NCBI RefSeq assembly: GCF_000143415.4
Contig: NW_003314272.1
Span: 778,184 to 842,183, forward strand
Origin: Selaginella moellendorffii
Taxonomy: Eukaryota > Plantae > Lycopodiophyta
Length of the DNA stretch: 64,000 nucleotides
Direction: 5' to 3'
Shown here: positions 1 to 11,728 of the stretch, piece by piece
How positions within the stretch are numbered: the stretch's first letter is position 1
How the letters are laid out: the number at the start of each line of letters is the position of its first letter
Notes under the pieces: model-generated
What the model saw: only the letters and a program-made list of their open reading frames with translations
Database searches by the model: none
What the model was told of the DNA's origin: nothing
Program-made: the position numbers and the translations under genes

Positions 1-1536
1 TCGTTCCCCGCGAGGGCGCGATACTTGTCCTTGCGCGTGAGAGTGGTACACTGGTAGCCCATGGCGTCCGCGATTAGCCGCTGGACGTGGTTGGCGACGT
101 CGTGGCTGCTCCGCCCGCCGCCGCCGCATGTTTGATCCGGTGGGAGCTGCTCCAGGAATTCCATCTCGTACCTCACGGCCGGATTCATGAAGAAGAAGAG
201 GAAATCCAGGCACTTCCACCCGCGCGCGCTGGTGCCGTGGAAGACCGGCATGGTAGTCGCCAGGGACACGGGGACGATGGTGTCCGTGAGCTCCGCGAAG
301 AGGGCGCTGAAGCGCAGCAAGCAGGGCTGGCGGCACGTCGTGCCCTCGGGGCATACCGCCAGGTGGCCCTGCGCGAGCAGCCGCGTCATGCTGCGGGCGT
401 CTCGGTCCTTGCAGCGCGTGAGCCGCGCGGTGCGTATCGGGGAGAAGAGCTCGGACACCCGGCTGAGGCTGTAGGTGACGGCCGCGACGGCCTGGCCCAT
501 CACGAAGGAGATGAAGACGGGGTCGAGAAGCGTACGGTGGGAGAGGACGAAGAGGACGCCCCGCTGGGAGGGCTGGAATATCCGCGGCGGGAGACGCCCC
601 CTGACGCGGACGGACACCCCGAGGAGGTGCTCGACGGGCAGCGCGACGCGCTTGGGGAGGCAGATACCCAACAGGATGCGAGTGATCGCGAGCGGGATCG
701 CGAATGGGAGCCAGAGGAGGATCGTGAGCGCCCAGAGAGGGGTCGGCCTGTGAACGAGCCTACCGTCGTGGAAGATGAGCGGCGGCGCGGAGATCTTTGC
801 CTGCTCGCCATCGCCATCGTGATCCCCCACAATGTAAGCCTTCTGCGCGATCAAATCCATGCAATACACCATCAGTCTCGATCCAAAGACGACGAAATCT
901 TACCTTGCAGAGCTCCGCGAAGGAGTCGGACCCAATGCCTATATCCGGGCTGTTAAGCTCCTTGACCGCGCGGTACCTCTCCCGTCCGCGCGGTATGCCG
1001 CGGACCAGCCCAGTGTACCATCCGCCGCGCGTCACGTGCAGCTCGCTGCCCAGCACATGCTCCGTCTCCAGGAAGCTCTTTGCGAACGACTCCACCATGA
1101 CGCGCGGTAGGGACGTGACGACGTACCGCCGGTCACATGTCGCAAAGACGCGGTGGACGCCGCGGTGCACGTCGTCAAGAAAGGCCTTTGGCAGTACCGC
1201 GCGGGCGACGCATCGTACCGCCGCGTCGTGCAGCCCCGCGAACGTCACAAAGGCGTACAGCCGGATGTCCGCATCGCGGCATTGGAGGATGTGGGTGAGG
1301 ATCCAGACGATGGGGAAGAAGGCGAGGAGGAGGAGAGCTCTGAGAGGACTCCCGGCCTCGAGCGCGACGAGGAAGAAGTATGGAAATGTAGAGCTCGATC
1401 GGAGAAGGCCGCCCTCGAGGAGCGATACCACTCGCTGCTCGGGCCGGGCGTCGGCCGTGTCGATAGGATCAAAGAGGCGAGCTCCATCGGCGTCGGCGTT
1501 CTCGGTGGTGGATTTCCGGAGCTGGACGTAGATCAT
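1..1536 (-). CDS. GPAT: Land-plant sn-2 glycerol-3-phosphate acyltransferase (GPAT4-8-like family), 3' end runs off the window
   Basis: Exon 1536-904, GT-AG intron 903-843, exon 842 to <1. Spliced translation gives FPYFFLVALEAG, IFHDGRLVHRPTP, acyltransferase SHRTLLDP (HxxxxD), CPEGTTCRQPCLLRFSALFAEL, FFFMNP and LTRKDKY. Confidence 0.95.
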
Positions 1537-1685
1537 CTTGGAAGAACTCGAGTGTGAGTGAGTGCTCGGGGATGCACGAAACGCTCTAAGATCTTGGTGA
1601 TGGAAGAAGATCAAAGCACTGCTTGGTGATGGAAGATCTTTGAGGTTGGAAAACTCTAGAGATTATATAGCAGCCGCGGGAGATT

Positions 1686-1721
1686 CCACCACCACCACCA
1701 CCACCACCACCACCACCACCA
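1686..1721. repeat. (CCA)n microsatellite
   Basis: About 12 perfect CCA/CAC units just beyond a TATA-like element in the GPAT/PDCD2 intergenic region. Confidence 0.95.
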
Positions 1722-2057
1722 CGACGATCGCTGGCGCCACCACTAGAACTTAGAACGACTCATTCCAGATCACGAGAGAGGAGCATGGGGGGGGGATTGG
1801 ATTTGGAGGATGCGTGGCTCTCGTCCCGCCGAAGTTGCGCCACTCCAAAGTGGATCTGGAGGAGAAAGGTTTGTAAAGGGGGGACTCGAAAAATCCCTTG
1901 GTTGGTAGTGAAAGTGCTTGAGTCGTGGAAATCTTTTCCCTAGATCAATGGTGAAAAGGGCGAAAGGAAACAAAATCCCGACACCATGTGTCTCGCCATT
2001 AATGCCGCATTATATCGGTTTCTAGGGTTTTGGTAGGGTTTTTCTTTTAGGGCTTTG

Positions 2058-3611
2058 ATGGCGGAGGAGGAGCTCTCGCGCCTGGCGCTGGACGAGGAAT
2101 CCGACAGCGATGAGGAGGGGGAGGTGGAATTAGGTTTCGTCCAAGCGCCAGAGGCGCCATGGATGCTTCGGCGCCAGCATTTTCCCTGTAAAGCTGGCGG
2201 AGCGGCGGTAAAAGAAGCTCTTGTTTCTGTGCTGCCTCGCATGTGAAGGGAATCAAGGCGGGCGCGTCTTGTTTTGTCCTTTTTTAAAGGAGTGAGTGAT
2301 TGTGGTGGTTTGATTGGCAGGCTTGGCTCGATCCTGACAGCGTCCCGAGGACTCCAGATTCGTGCTGTGATTTTTGCGAGGAGCCTCTCCGTTTTTTGCT
2401 TCAGGTATTGATTGGACCTTGATTTGTTCTAGATTCGTTTGGTTGTGCAGATTTATGCTTCGCTGGAGGAGAGGAGCGATACGTTTCATCGAACGCTCTT
2501 TATGTTCATGTGCTCGAAGATGGAGTGCTTGAGAAGAGATCAAGCCGAGCAGAAGAAGCCCGCGCAGCCGTCTTCGAGAAGGTAGTTTTTTCTTTCGACG
2601 TCGAGCTTTCCGTTGTTTTAAAATTTTCTATTGCAGTGTGAAGGTCTTTCGATCGCAGCTTCCGCTTAAGAACATTTTCTACTCCGATACGCCGTCCAGA
2701 GGGAAGAATGATCGTCCTTTGACGACTGGAGGTACAAAGTATTGATGTTCTCCCGCCTAACATGAACTTTTTGTAGTGGATCTCTGTACGTGGTGTCGTA
2801 CATGGAGAGGCGAAAAAGTCTGTGGAGGGTGTAAGACAACAAGATACTGCTCTCGCCAACATCAGGTGCATACCTACTTTCGCTTAATTGACATTGTCAG
2901 TGTTGGACATGCTATTCTCCAGGTAGAGCACTGGCGCGCTGGTCATTCCTCTTCATGCAAAACTCAGGCACCTGTGCCAACGAATAACTCGAGCAATACC
3001 TTATGGCCCGAAATGGAGATAGTACTGGGTGAAGAAGAAAGAGATGAAGAAACTGGAAACACTCTTCCAATCGTACCCGCTAACCAGTCTCTTGCCTTGA
3101 ACGCAGAGCTTCAAGGCTTTGAAGAGGTCTGTCACTTAGTTCCTAGACTTTCTTACCCTGAACTCTGAATCGCAGGCATCTGGAGAGAAACAGTGCTGGG
3201 CAAACTTTCAAGCACGTATACAAAGAGCCCCAAGTCAAGTGCTCAGGTTTGGATTATGAGTTCCATCTGTTTCTTGTGTGTTGAATTGCCACACTTCAGA
3301 TACTGTCGGAACAAAAATGCCAAAGTGTTGTGGATGAGACCGGACGATCAGCCTACGGCCGTGGATATCTCACCTTGTCAACTTTGTGGAGGACCTCTCA
3401 TCTTTGAGTTCCAGGTGTGCATGTGTCATGAGTTGCCTGTGTTAATCCCGAATTTTGATTCCAGGTTCTGCCGCAGCTGCTCTATTACTTTGGAGTAGAT
3501 AACGAGCCGGATTCCCTTGACTGGGCCACGCTTGCGGTTTACTCGTGTTCTAACTCTTGCGAAGTGGAAGGCTACGCCCGAGAGTTCATTTGGGTTCAGC
3601 TTCCGAGCTGA
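2058..3611 (+). CDS. PDCD2: Programmed cell death protein 2-like (MYND zinc finger plus PDCD2_C), multi-exon
   Basis: VELGFV and FPCKAGG at the N-terminus; MYND finger CTWC...CGGC...YCSRQHQVEHW..GH...C; C-terminal QVLRYC, CQLCGGPLIFEFQVLPQLLYYF, LDWATLAVYSC, EFIWVQ. Short GT-AG introns; TGA at 3609-3611. Confidence 0.93.
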
Positions 3612-4456
3612 AGAAGCAAGTGACTTTAACTTCGAAAGGAGAAACTTGCCAGATATGATCTTACGTTGAATTTTATCTCCCTTAACTCTTTCGCAGGGAA
3701 AACCACTATGGTTTCGATGCACGTTTTCATTTTTCTTTTCCAGCAAGGTGAAGCATAAGTCACTCCGCAGTCTCAGGTTCCCAAGCAGTCAATCGACGCG
3801 GTCTCCAAAGCAATCAGAAGACAAATATGTCGAATCTTGTTGCTGGTGCTTGGGAAGTATCATCAACATTTGGCCAAGTTGATGTCTCAGAACGGAGAAC
3901 CTTCGCCAGACGTCCAGAGTTTTTCAAAACTAGCTTTTGTCTATGTCGTTTATTATAATTTGGATCCAAGTCCATCACGACCACGAAGACAAATATCTAC
4001 GGTATTTGTTTCTTACTCTTCTTTCCAACCATGAAACAACCTACAACAGCAATGTTGATCTAGCAACTTGACGCAGTCGAAAACACTCTGCTCGAGTAAA
4101 GCGGGAGGTTTTCTCGATCATCTATCTACTATTTGAGATCCCAGGACTTCAACTACCAAAACATGGCTGGATTCACGTTCACAAATCCAGCGCATGCTTT
4201 ACCACCTGTGCATCGCAACCCATCTACAACATAACTTCAAGTGGATCCAAGCGCGCCTATAAAGAAGTCGAGTTCACAAAAGCGTTGGTGTTACCACCCC
4301 GTCTTCCCAGGCTGAATCATTTACACCATTTGCTCTCTCGAATCCAGAAACTTAACGTCCAAATGCCTCCAACGCTGATGACAGCCTCGAGTGTGAAAAT
4401 AAGAGTGATTCATTCTTTAGACTACCTTCGGGGAGAGAACAGAATTTAGAAATTTA

Positions 4457-6526
4457 CTACAAAGTTTCCCAGTTGCCGTTTGGCATATCTTTTTGAAATG
4501 ATATCCATCCGTCACCTTCCTTCCTAGTGTATGATACTTGGAAAAGCTTTAAACCAGGCTTTAACATAACCATTAAAATTTTATCACGAAGCCTGGGGAG
4601 GAAGAGCAATTTTTCTAATTCTGCTTCTTTTGCATCTTCCTGTGCCATTAAGATATATCAAAATTACAACACGTCAACAAAATCATTAAACGAACCTCAT
4701 CTTCTGTTCCAAAAGGCGGGCATGGTTCAAAAGGTGTGACGGGCTCGAGCAAAACAGGGATGTAACATCCAATGACCACAACTTTGTCGGTGCGCAGCTC
4801 CCACGGTAAATCGTCTTTGTCATCACGTCTATTTGACCGCTTCGTTTTAGCCAAGAGATGCTACAAAAAGAAATACTTTGTGAACAGTTGTTAAATCTAA
4901 TCTAGACCATACCTCTTGCTTTTGTTGTTTGCTTTTAAGCCATTGTTGTGCATCCACAGTGCTCGTAAAGATATTTTCCACGGGAAGTTTGCTCCTCCAC
5001 AAGGTCTCAAAGCCTCTTAAGTACAGTGGTGGCACTTCGCTGAAAATCAACTCAGGATTGGGAGTGAACTCCATCATCATTTCTCCGACGAGTGTCCTGG
5101 CCCTTGAAAGGGCATCCCCTGCGTACACCCGCTCCACGAAAGCACCCTGAAAGTGAAAGAGTCTTACTATCACGTAGAACAATTAATGTACCAATAGCTT
5201 TCGGAACATGAAACACACTGATGTTCTTCCAAAGCTTGTAATGGAAACGATGAGCTGTACAAGCCTGTGACTTCCTTTAACTTTAGTCCCTGGAAAAGAT
5301 TAAAACTCAAAGATATCAATAATAAACAAGTTATGACACTTACTCTGGATGTAGCTTAGAGAATCTAGAGTTTTTTTATCTATCCGTTTTATGGATATAT
5401 ACTGTATTGTGCGCTTGCAGCTGGTTGCAAGCTCTGTGACCAACATATTAGAACAGTTAGCTAAGAAAAACAAGAATTTTACCGAGCGTTTTTGTGATCT
5501 TGAAACCCCAAGTAGATTTAAGAACTTGAGGTTGCTCTTTTGCATCCTGTAAATTACACATCAAGGATTGCAACGCAAAATCAAATTCTTACCCATTCCA
5601 TCAATGAAGCAAGTGTTGCTTTAGCTTTAGCTAAAGCAACACGTCGCAATATATCATCCCACTGTCCTAAGATATCAGCCGAACGGCCGATTCTTCGAGA
5701 CTCCATTAGAGGGATTTTCCCGTCACTCACAGTAAATGTTAAAGTTCCTCGCAGCAGGGGTTCCTCACGGAAACACGGATCAAGAACCTACAGGACAGTT
5801 TCACGTAAAAAGCAGCTTATAACCTTCAAACTCACCACTAATTCGTTGCTATCAAAAACGCCAAACGTTACAGTGATAGGTAGCTGCTGTACCTTGACCA
5901 TGAACTGGGACAAGAGAAATATGTAAGAACCTTAGACAAATTGTTCATAGTGAATCCTTACCTCTGCCTCTCGTCTCTGAAAGGAGAGTATGGCCGCCAA
6001 AACAGCAATATTGGCACCATCAATCACATTCCTGCAAAAACACAAAACAATTCAATAATGTCTGGAAAGGAAAATAAAAAGCAAAAAGAGCATTACCCGC
6101 CCTGATGTCTAACCCAGATTGCAATGCGTAAGCTTTTTCCTGGCATAGCGCAGACACACTCACTGCAAAAATGTGTGAACAAATATAGCTCCGTTTTGCA
6201 CATAGAAAAATACCTCAAGAAGCAGGTAATCTTTCTTGACAGCTCTTCAGGCCCAATATCGAGTGGAGGCTCATCAAACTCAGTATGCACATTGAAGAAT
6301 GGATGAACCGATTCAACACTCGCACTCACAGAAGCTTGGATTACAGATGTCCCCAGGTAGATGACACCAGTCCTATAAAAAACACGATCTATCAATCACT
6401 GAGCTCTCAAATTTCGGACTTTTACTTGGATGGAAAGATTATTAGTCGCCGGGCATCAAAAGGACCGCGGCCGTCATAGCGAACCCACGCTGGAGCTGCT
6501 GCCCGTCCCAGCGGCGTAGTAGCCAT
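4457..6526 (-). CDS. Divergent exosome RRP45-like (RNase PH fold) protein with long unrecognised C-terminal extension, about 12 exons and roughly 500 aa
   Basis: Manual splicing gives one open frame with compatible phases at every GT-AG junction: RYDGRGPFDARRL, HQGGNVIDGANIAVLAAILSFQR, LPITVTFGVF, VLDPCFREE, then a novel region ending NGNWETL*. Confidence 0.72.
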
Positions 6527-6720
6527 GGCTCGGATTTCCGATGCGCTCGTACACGCTGTGCGCAATCTCGTTTGCTTCTCGGGCATATCAAAAGCCCTAA
6601 TACATTGCCACGTGTCCCTGGTCTCCCAAAGGATACGTAGCAGCAGGCCGAGCTAGACGCCGACGGCTTTTATATACATATCTCGCCGAAACCTAAGAAT
6701 ACTGGAAGATCCATAAGCCC

Positions 6721-7570
6721 TGGCGCGCTGGTCATTCCTCTTCATGCACACCTGCGCCAACGAATAACTCGAGCAATAACTTATGGCCCGAAATGGAGAG
6801 CGAAGAACAAAGAGATGAAGAAACTGGAAACACTCTTCCCATCCTACCCGCTAACCAGTCTCTTGCCTTAAACTCAGAGGTTCAAGGCTTTGAAGAGGTT
6901 TGTGGTTCTACCTTGAATCGCAGGCATCTGAAGAGAAACAGGGTTGGGCGAAATTTCAAGTACGTATACAAAGAGCCCCAAGTCAAGTGGTGACGTTTGG
7001 AGATTCCATTTATTTCTTGTGTGTTGAATTGCTACTCTTCAGATACTGTCGGAACAAAAATTGGGATGACACCGGACGATCAGCCTGATATCTCACCATG
7101 TCAACTTTGTGGAGGACCTCGCATCTTTGAGTTCCCGGTGTGCGAGTTGCCTAATTTTGAATGCCAGGTTCTGCCGCAGATGCTCTATTACTTTGGACAA
7201 CGAGCCGGATTCCCTTGACTGGGCCACGCGTACGGTTTAATCGTGTTCTAACTCTTGTGACGTGGAAGGCTGTTCATTTGCGTTCAGCTTCCAAGCTGAA
7301 GATGCAAGGATTTCGAAAGGAGAAAATTGCCAGATACACAGGGAAAACCACTACGCGTTTTCATTTTCCTTTTCCAGAAAGGTGAAGCATAAGTCACTCC
7401 GCAGTCTCAGGTTCCCGAGGAGACAATCGACGCGGTCTTCAAAGCAATCATCTCCAGAGACCGTTACTATGTTGGACTTATTGTAAATAGAATCTTGTTG
7501 CTAGTACTCTGGAAGTATCGTCAGCATTAACCTGTTGTCTCAGAGACGAGTGGCACGGAGAACCTTCGGC
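6721..7570 (+). pseudogene. Partial duplicate of the PDCD2 3' half and its downstream flank
   Basis: High similarity to about 2932-3910 (tggcgcgctggtcattcctcttcatgca...; cataagtcactccgcagtctcagg). Intron remnants retained, deletions and frameshifts present, no 5' exons. Confidence 0.9.
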
Positions 7571-7715
7571 AGACGGCAATCTCTTTTGACTTGGATATGT
7601 TGACTCGGTATGGATGGACTCGGTATGAGCACACGGGAAGATGGATCCGGGTTTTGATGCTTCAAGAGGGCAACACCTCTTTGGACAGATCCATTTCTCA
7701 ACCTCGGCAGCCAAC

Positions 7716-8869
7716 ATGAAGAGAACGAGCAAGCCTCCAGCGGTGTATGCTTCGGCTGTCTTCGTATTCATACTGCTTGCGCTGGTGGTTGTTTTGGGGC
7801 CATTTGATCTTGGATTTCTGTCAGGCCAGACTCTGGCTGGTTCGTCCAGATTTTTTGCAGCCACTCCCGAGAGCCTCGCAGCCAGCAATCAATTCGTAAG
7901 TAGCAAACTAAGGTCGAACGTATATTCGCTAACTCGTTTCCTTGCATAGACCGTGGAGGAGCTGAGAGGCTTGAATCAAGTGCTACACGATGCCAAGTTT
8001 GGTGACAACACGATAATTCTCACGCATCTCAACCAGGCCTGGGCAGCAAATGGCAGCATGATCGAGATGTTCCTTCGCAGCTTTCACGAGGGGATTGGGA
8101 CAGAGAAGCTGCTGGATCATCTTGTCATTGTGGCACTCGACGAGCCTTCCTTTCAGCGGTGCGTCCAAGTTCACAAGCACTGTGTTGTTCTCAAGACCGA
8201 GGGAGTGGATTTCTCGGGAGATCAAAAGAGTTACATGGCTGAGGACTACTTGAAGATGATGTGGAGAAGGATTCAGCTGCTCAGTGTCGTCCTCGAGCTC
8301 GGCTACAGCTTCGTCTTCACAGTGAGCTCGAGAAGTTTTCCATTGACTTTTGCTTGAATGACGCGTTGTTTTTATCCTTCCAGGACACTGACGTGTTGTG
8401 GTTTCGCGATCCATTCCCTCGTTTCCATGCGGGTGCCGACTTTGAAATCGCCTGCGACAGATTCAATGGCGCCGATGCCGACTTGAGCAATCCAGTGAAC
8501 GGAGGCTTCCTCCACGTCGTCTCCAACAGCAAGACAATCTCGCTCTACAAGCTGTGGTACGAATCCCGTCTCAGGTTCCCGGGCAAGCACGATCAGCACG
8601 TCTTTGACGCGATCAAACTCAGCCCGGAGTTTGGAGCTCTGGGCTTGAACGTCCGGCTGTTGGGCACGGAGTATTTCGGCGGGTTCTGTGAGAAAGCAAA
8701 GGATCTGGACGTGGTTTGCACCATGCACGCCAATTGCTGCATCGGCCTGGAGAAGAAGATGATGAACCTGGAGCTGGTTGCCGAGGGCTGGAGCTTGTTT
8801 AAGCTCATGACACCGGATCAGAGGCAACACTTCCAAATATCTTGGAGGGCTCCAGTGAACTGCCCGTGA
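7716..8869 (+). CDS. Nucleotide-diphospho-sugar transferase (CAZy GT77-like), type II membrane glycosyltransferase, 3 exons
   Basis: N-terminal TM helix; TIILTHLNQAWA, YLKMMWRRIQLL, FVFT|DTDVLWFRDPF (DxD), NGGF, HDQHVF, CTMHANCCIGLEKK. Introns at about 7896-7949 and 8322-8383. Confidence 0.93.
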
Positions 8870-9042
8870 ATTCTTTTTATCCGAGCGTGTATTATATGGA
8901 TCGAAATTCTTTTTGTGAAGGACAAGTTACATGAATTCCAAGACAGTGTTTCCGGCCCAAATAGACTTTGACTAGTTTGAAAATAGAATATTCTACGTGG
9001 AATATTCACACTTCATAGTGAATATTAAAACAATATGTTTCA

Positions 9043-9161
9043 AGTGATCAGCCCTAGGGGTAGTGGTTAAGCCCGGGGAGATGGGATAATCCTATAGAGC
9101 CGAATCCCAGGATCGAGACCCTGGAAGAGGAGGGACCCTCTTCAAACTGATCACTCCTTTT
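9043..9161 (+). mobile_element. tRNA-derived SINE-like or Pol III-type element
   Basis: A-box-like TAGGGGTAGTGG (9055-9066), B-box-like GGATCGAGACC (9110-9120) within a CCAGG/CCTGG T-arm-like hairpin, 9-bp inverted ends AGTGATCAG/CTGATCACT, and TTTT at 9158-9161. Confidence 0.5.
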
Positions 9162-9269
9162 ATTGGAGGGCTAGGGTTCTAGCGGGCATCGCCGAGGGCG
9201 CAGGGGATGGTGTAGAGGTTGCTGACGCGGTAGCAGGCGCTGGCTTGGCCAATCCGAGAGGCATGATTT

Positions 9270-10116
9270 CTAATTTCTTGCATGAATTGGAGCGGCAGTC
9301 GTAGGCTTCCAGGATCTGGTGAGTGTCGCGTCTAGCAGTGCATTCTCCTCCACGGACGAGATTTCCTCGGGGACATTCCCATCGATCACTGGCTCCAGCT
9401 TGAGCGTGGATGGATCAAAGTCGAGGCAAGCGCAGGTCCCTTGCCGGATAACTCTATACTCTCCGGGAAGCAGAATGTCGATGGAGATGGCAGCCGTCGA
9501 GCACCAGGTAGCTCCCCAGATCCCAGATGATTTAAGTTTGTGCCGTTCCAGGGGGTGAAGCCAACCACAGCGTGAGGCTGGAGCTCGAGATAAAAGCTTC
9601 CATGGCTTTTGTTTGTGGGAGAGGCGCTGGAGACAAGCTTTAGTATGTCGTTGACGAACAGCGAGTCCGTGGGGTGGTCGAAGCTCTGCCAGACTTCCTA
9701 GCCATTCCTGCGGAGGAGGACGAGTATAGACCGCCATAGCCACGACTCCTGTTCCTTGGCCGGAGGTGTTGGAAGACCATACCTGGAGAGGTCCCTGGCT
9801 CAGGACTAAGTTTCCATCGTCGCCAAATGCGAGGGTCGCGTCTGGGAAGGCTTGCCAGAAACTGGCAACGGTGGTGGAAGAGCTGCATTCGACGTCCTTG
9901 AAGTCGGGCTTCCAGATCGACAAGTAGAACGATGGCGGGTGCGAAAGGCGGGTGCCAAAGCTGTAGGAGAAGCCCCTCATGATCGTCAGGTTGGGAGCGA
10001 CCAATGGATCGATCGTCCATTTCGAGTTGACAAGCAACTAAAGTGAGAGCGGGATCAAAACACTGGAGGACGAGAAAATCAATGTAAAAGCTGGAGAAAG
10101 GAAAGTTTTGCCACAT
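9270..10116 (-). pseudogene. G-type (bulb) lectin S-domain receptor-like extracellular fragment
   Basis: DATLAFGDDGNLVLSQGPLQVWSSNTSG followed, in another frame, by WQSFDHPTDSL. Frameshifted and no kinase domain seen. Confidence 0.75.
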
Positions 10117-10431
10117 GTTTAGCCATCTACGGCAGGCTTATAGCATCCATCCGAAAACGACACTCCATTGGCTTGTCCGTGGAAGAGGAGGAAAGCTCGC
10201 CGAATCTAATCCTGTGATAAGTACAGCAGTGGTAATCCTCGCCAAAAGGAAAAACTTAAAAAGTGCTCTCTCCATACCTCTAGAAGTTCTTTTGAGTTGA
10301 TCCAGCCAACCTGTGACGAGTAGTTGTTGAAGAAACTTGGAAACTCTGTCCGTACCTCTAGAAGCTCGAGTTGGATCCAGCAAGTTTACTTTGCTTTTCT
10401 TTTCTTGTGTTGGGAGAAGGAATTACGGTTG

Positions 10432-11425
10432 TCAAGGGACGCGAATGTAAGTTGCCCTGTGTTGCCGTGCACGAGTTGCTTTGAAGAAAGATGATGGCGA
10501 AGGTGGTTCGCGGTCAATTTTGTGAGGTGTCAATGAAGACTGCTCGTGCTTGCCACTGTCACTTGTCAAGCTGCTCTTGATCTCTTCGCTTTCTTCCCGA
10601 ATCACAACTTGACTGTAGTATGCGGGATCCACATTTTCTGGCGACTGTAAACTCGGTTGCAACTGCATTGCTTCGAAACTACTGTTAGAGAAAACAGGAA
10701 GAGAAAGAGAGACACAAGAAGAGCACGAACCTGTGGAAAATGGCGCCTGTAGGCCTGAAGACGTATTTGCGGAGAGGCTAAGCAATGAAGGAGCTCGAAA
10801 AACTTGGACTGGGCGAATAGAGAAGCGCGCTGCCAGAGAAGATACGTCAAGTCTTTGGCCTGTCCCCTCAGTTCACCCAATCTCCGGTCAATTTCTGGTT
10901 CGTAGCTCGTCACAAACGGTTTCAAAAACGTCGTGTAAATGTAGTTTGTCCCCTGAAAGTATAAATTCGATCTGGCCCCAGACAGTACAAACAAAAACTA
11001 TAGCAAACCTTAGTCTTGGGATACCACAAGTAGACTATAAAAGCAAGCTTTGCTTCATTGTACATCGGAAGCCTGCAGCAAGCAAAGACACCTCAGACTG
11101 CTTGCTATTCTAGCTAGCTCTGGATATTACCAGGAAATGAGAATGTCGGTTATTCTTTCCACAAACGTCACCACCGCAATTAGCACCCTAGACAAACAAA
11201 CTGGTTATAGCTGCAAAGAGAAAAAAGCTTCCAACAGTTACCAGTATTGGCACCAAAACGTTTGTTCTTCCGCATCGGTTTTCCTGTTCTCGATGCTCTT
11301 AAAGCACTCGTATGCAGGATAAACGTAGCCAAGGAACATCCTGAAAAGAAGACGACTGTGAAGAACATCCAGGAACCAAGACTCCAAAACACTTACGTGA
11401 GAGTTCTCATAATGAAAGACGCCAT
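10432..11425 (-). CDS. HVA22: HVA22-like protein (TB2/DP1/HVA22 family), multi-exon
   Basis: MASFIMRTL|MFLGYVYPAYECFKSIE...WCQYW|...LPMYNEAKLAFIVYLWYPKTK|GTNYIYTTFLKPF...IDRRL. The C-terminal exon boundary is approximate. Confidence 0.9.
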
Positions 11426-11649
11426 CTTCCACAGCTCTACGCCCTGTTGCGATGTGTACTCAAAACCCCGAGCTTTCTCCTTCGATGGAACTTCTTTCGT
11501 GTCCTCCTCTGCGAAGATCCATTCTAACCCCACATTTCAGCACGAGAACTCGTGCTTCCTGCAGAGCTAACTCGTCAACATCATCAGAAATCTCACGATG
11601 GCTTGAGGGCGCGTCGGTTTCTTGCAACCGGCTGCAGCCGGTCTCTCTA

Positions 11650-11657
11650 ACACGTGG
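11650..11657. promoter_or_regulatory. G-box/ABRE-like ACACGTGG upstream of HVA22
   Basis: Motif about 230 bp upstream of the HVA22 ATG. Barley HVA22 is ABA-inducible, but the motif is short and could be chance. Confidence 0.3.
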
Positions 11658-11728
11658 AGCGAGATAGTTAGGTACAAACATCGGGCCGTATATTCCTGCC
11701 TCTCCTCTACAACAACACTTTTCTTCAC

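Noticed and set aside
87-1557. Long plus-strand ORFs (289, 244 and 134 aa)
   Set aside because: Antisense shadows of the GC-rich GPAT coding sequence.
9051-9130. Functional tRNA gene
   Set aside because: No canonical acceptor stem or 7-nt anticodon loop, and the T-loop is 8 nt.
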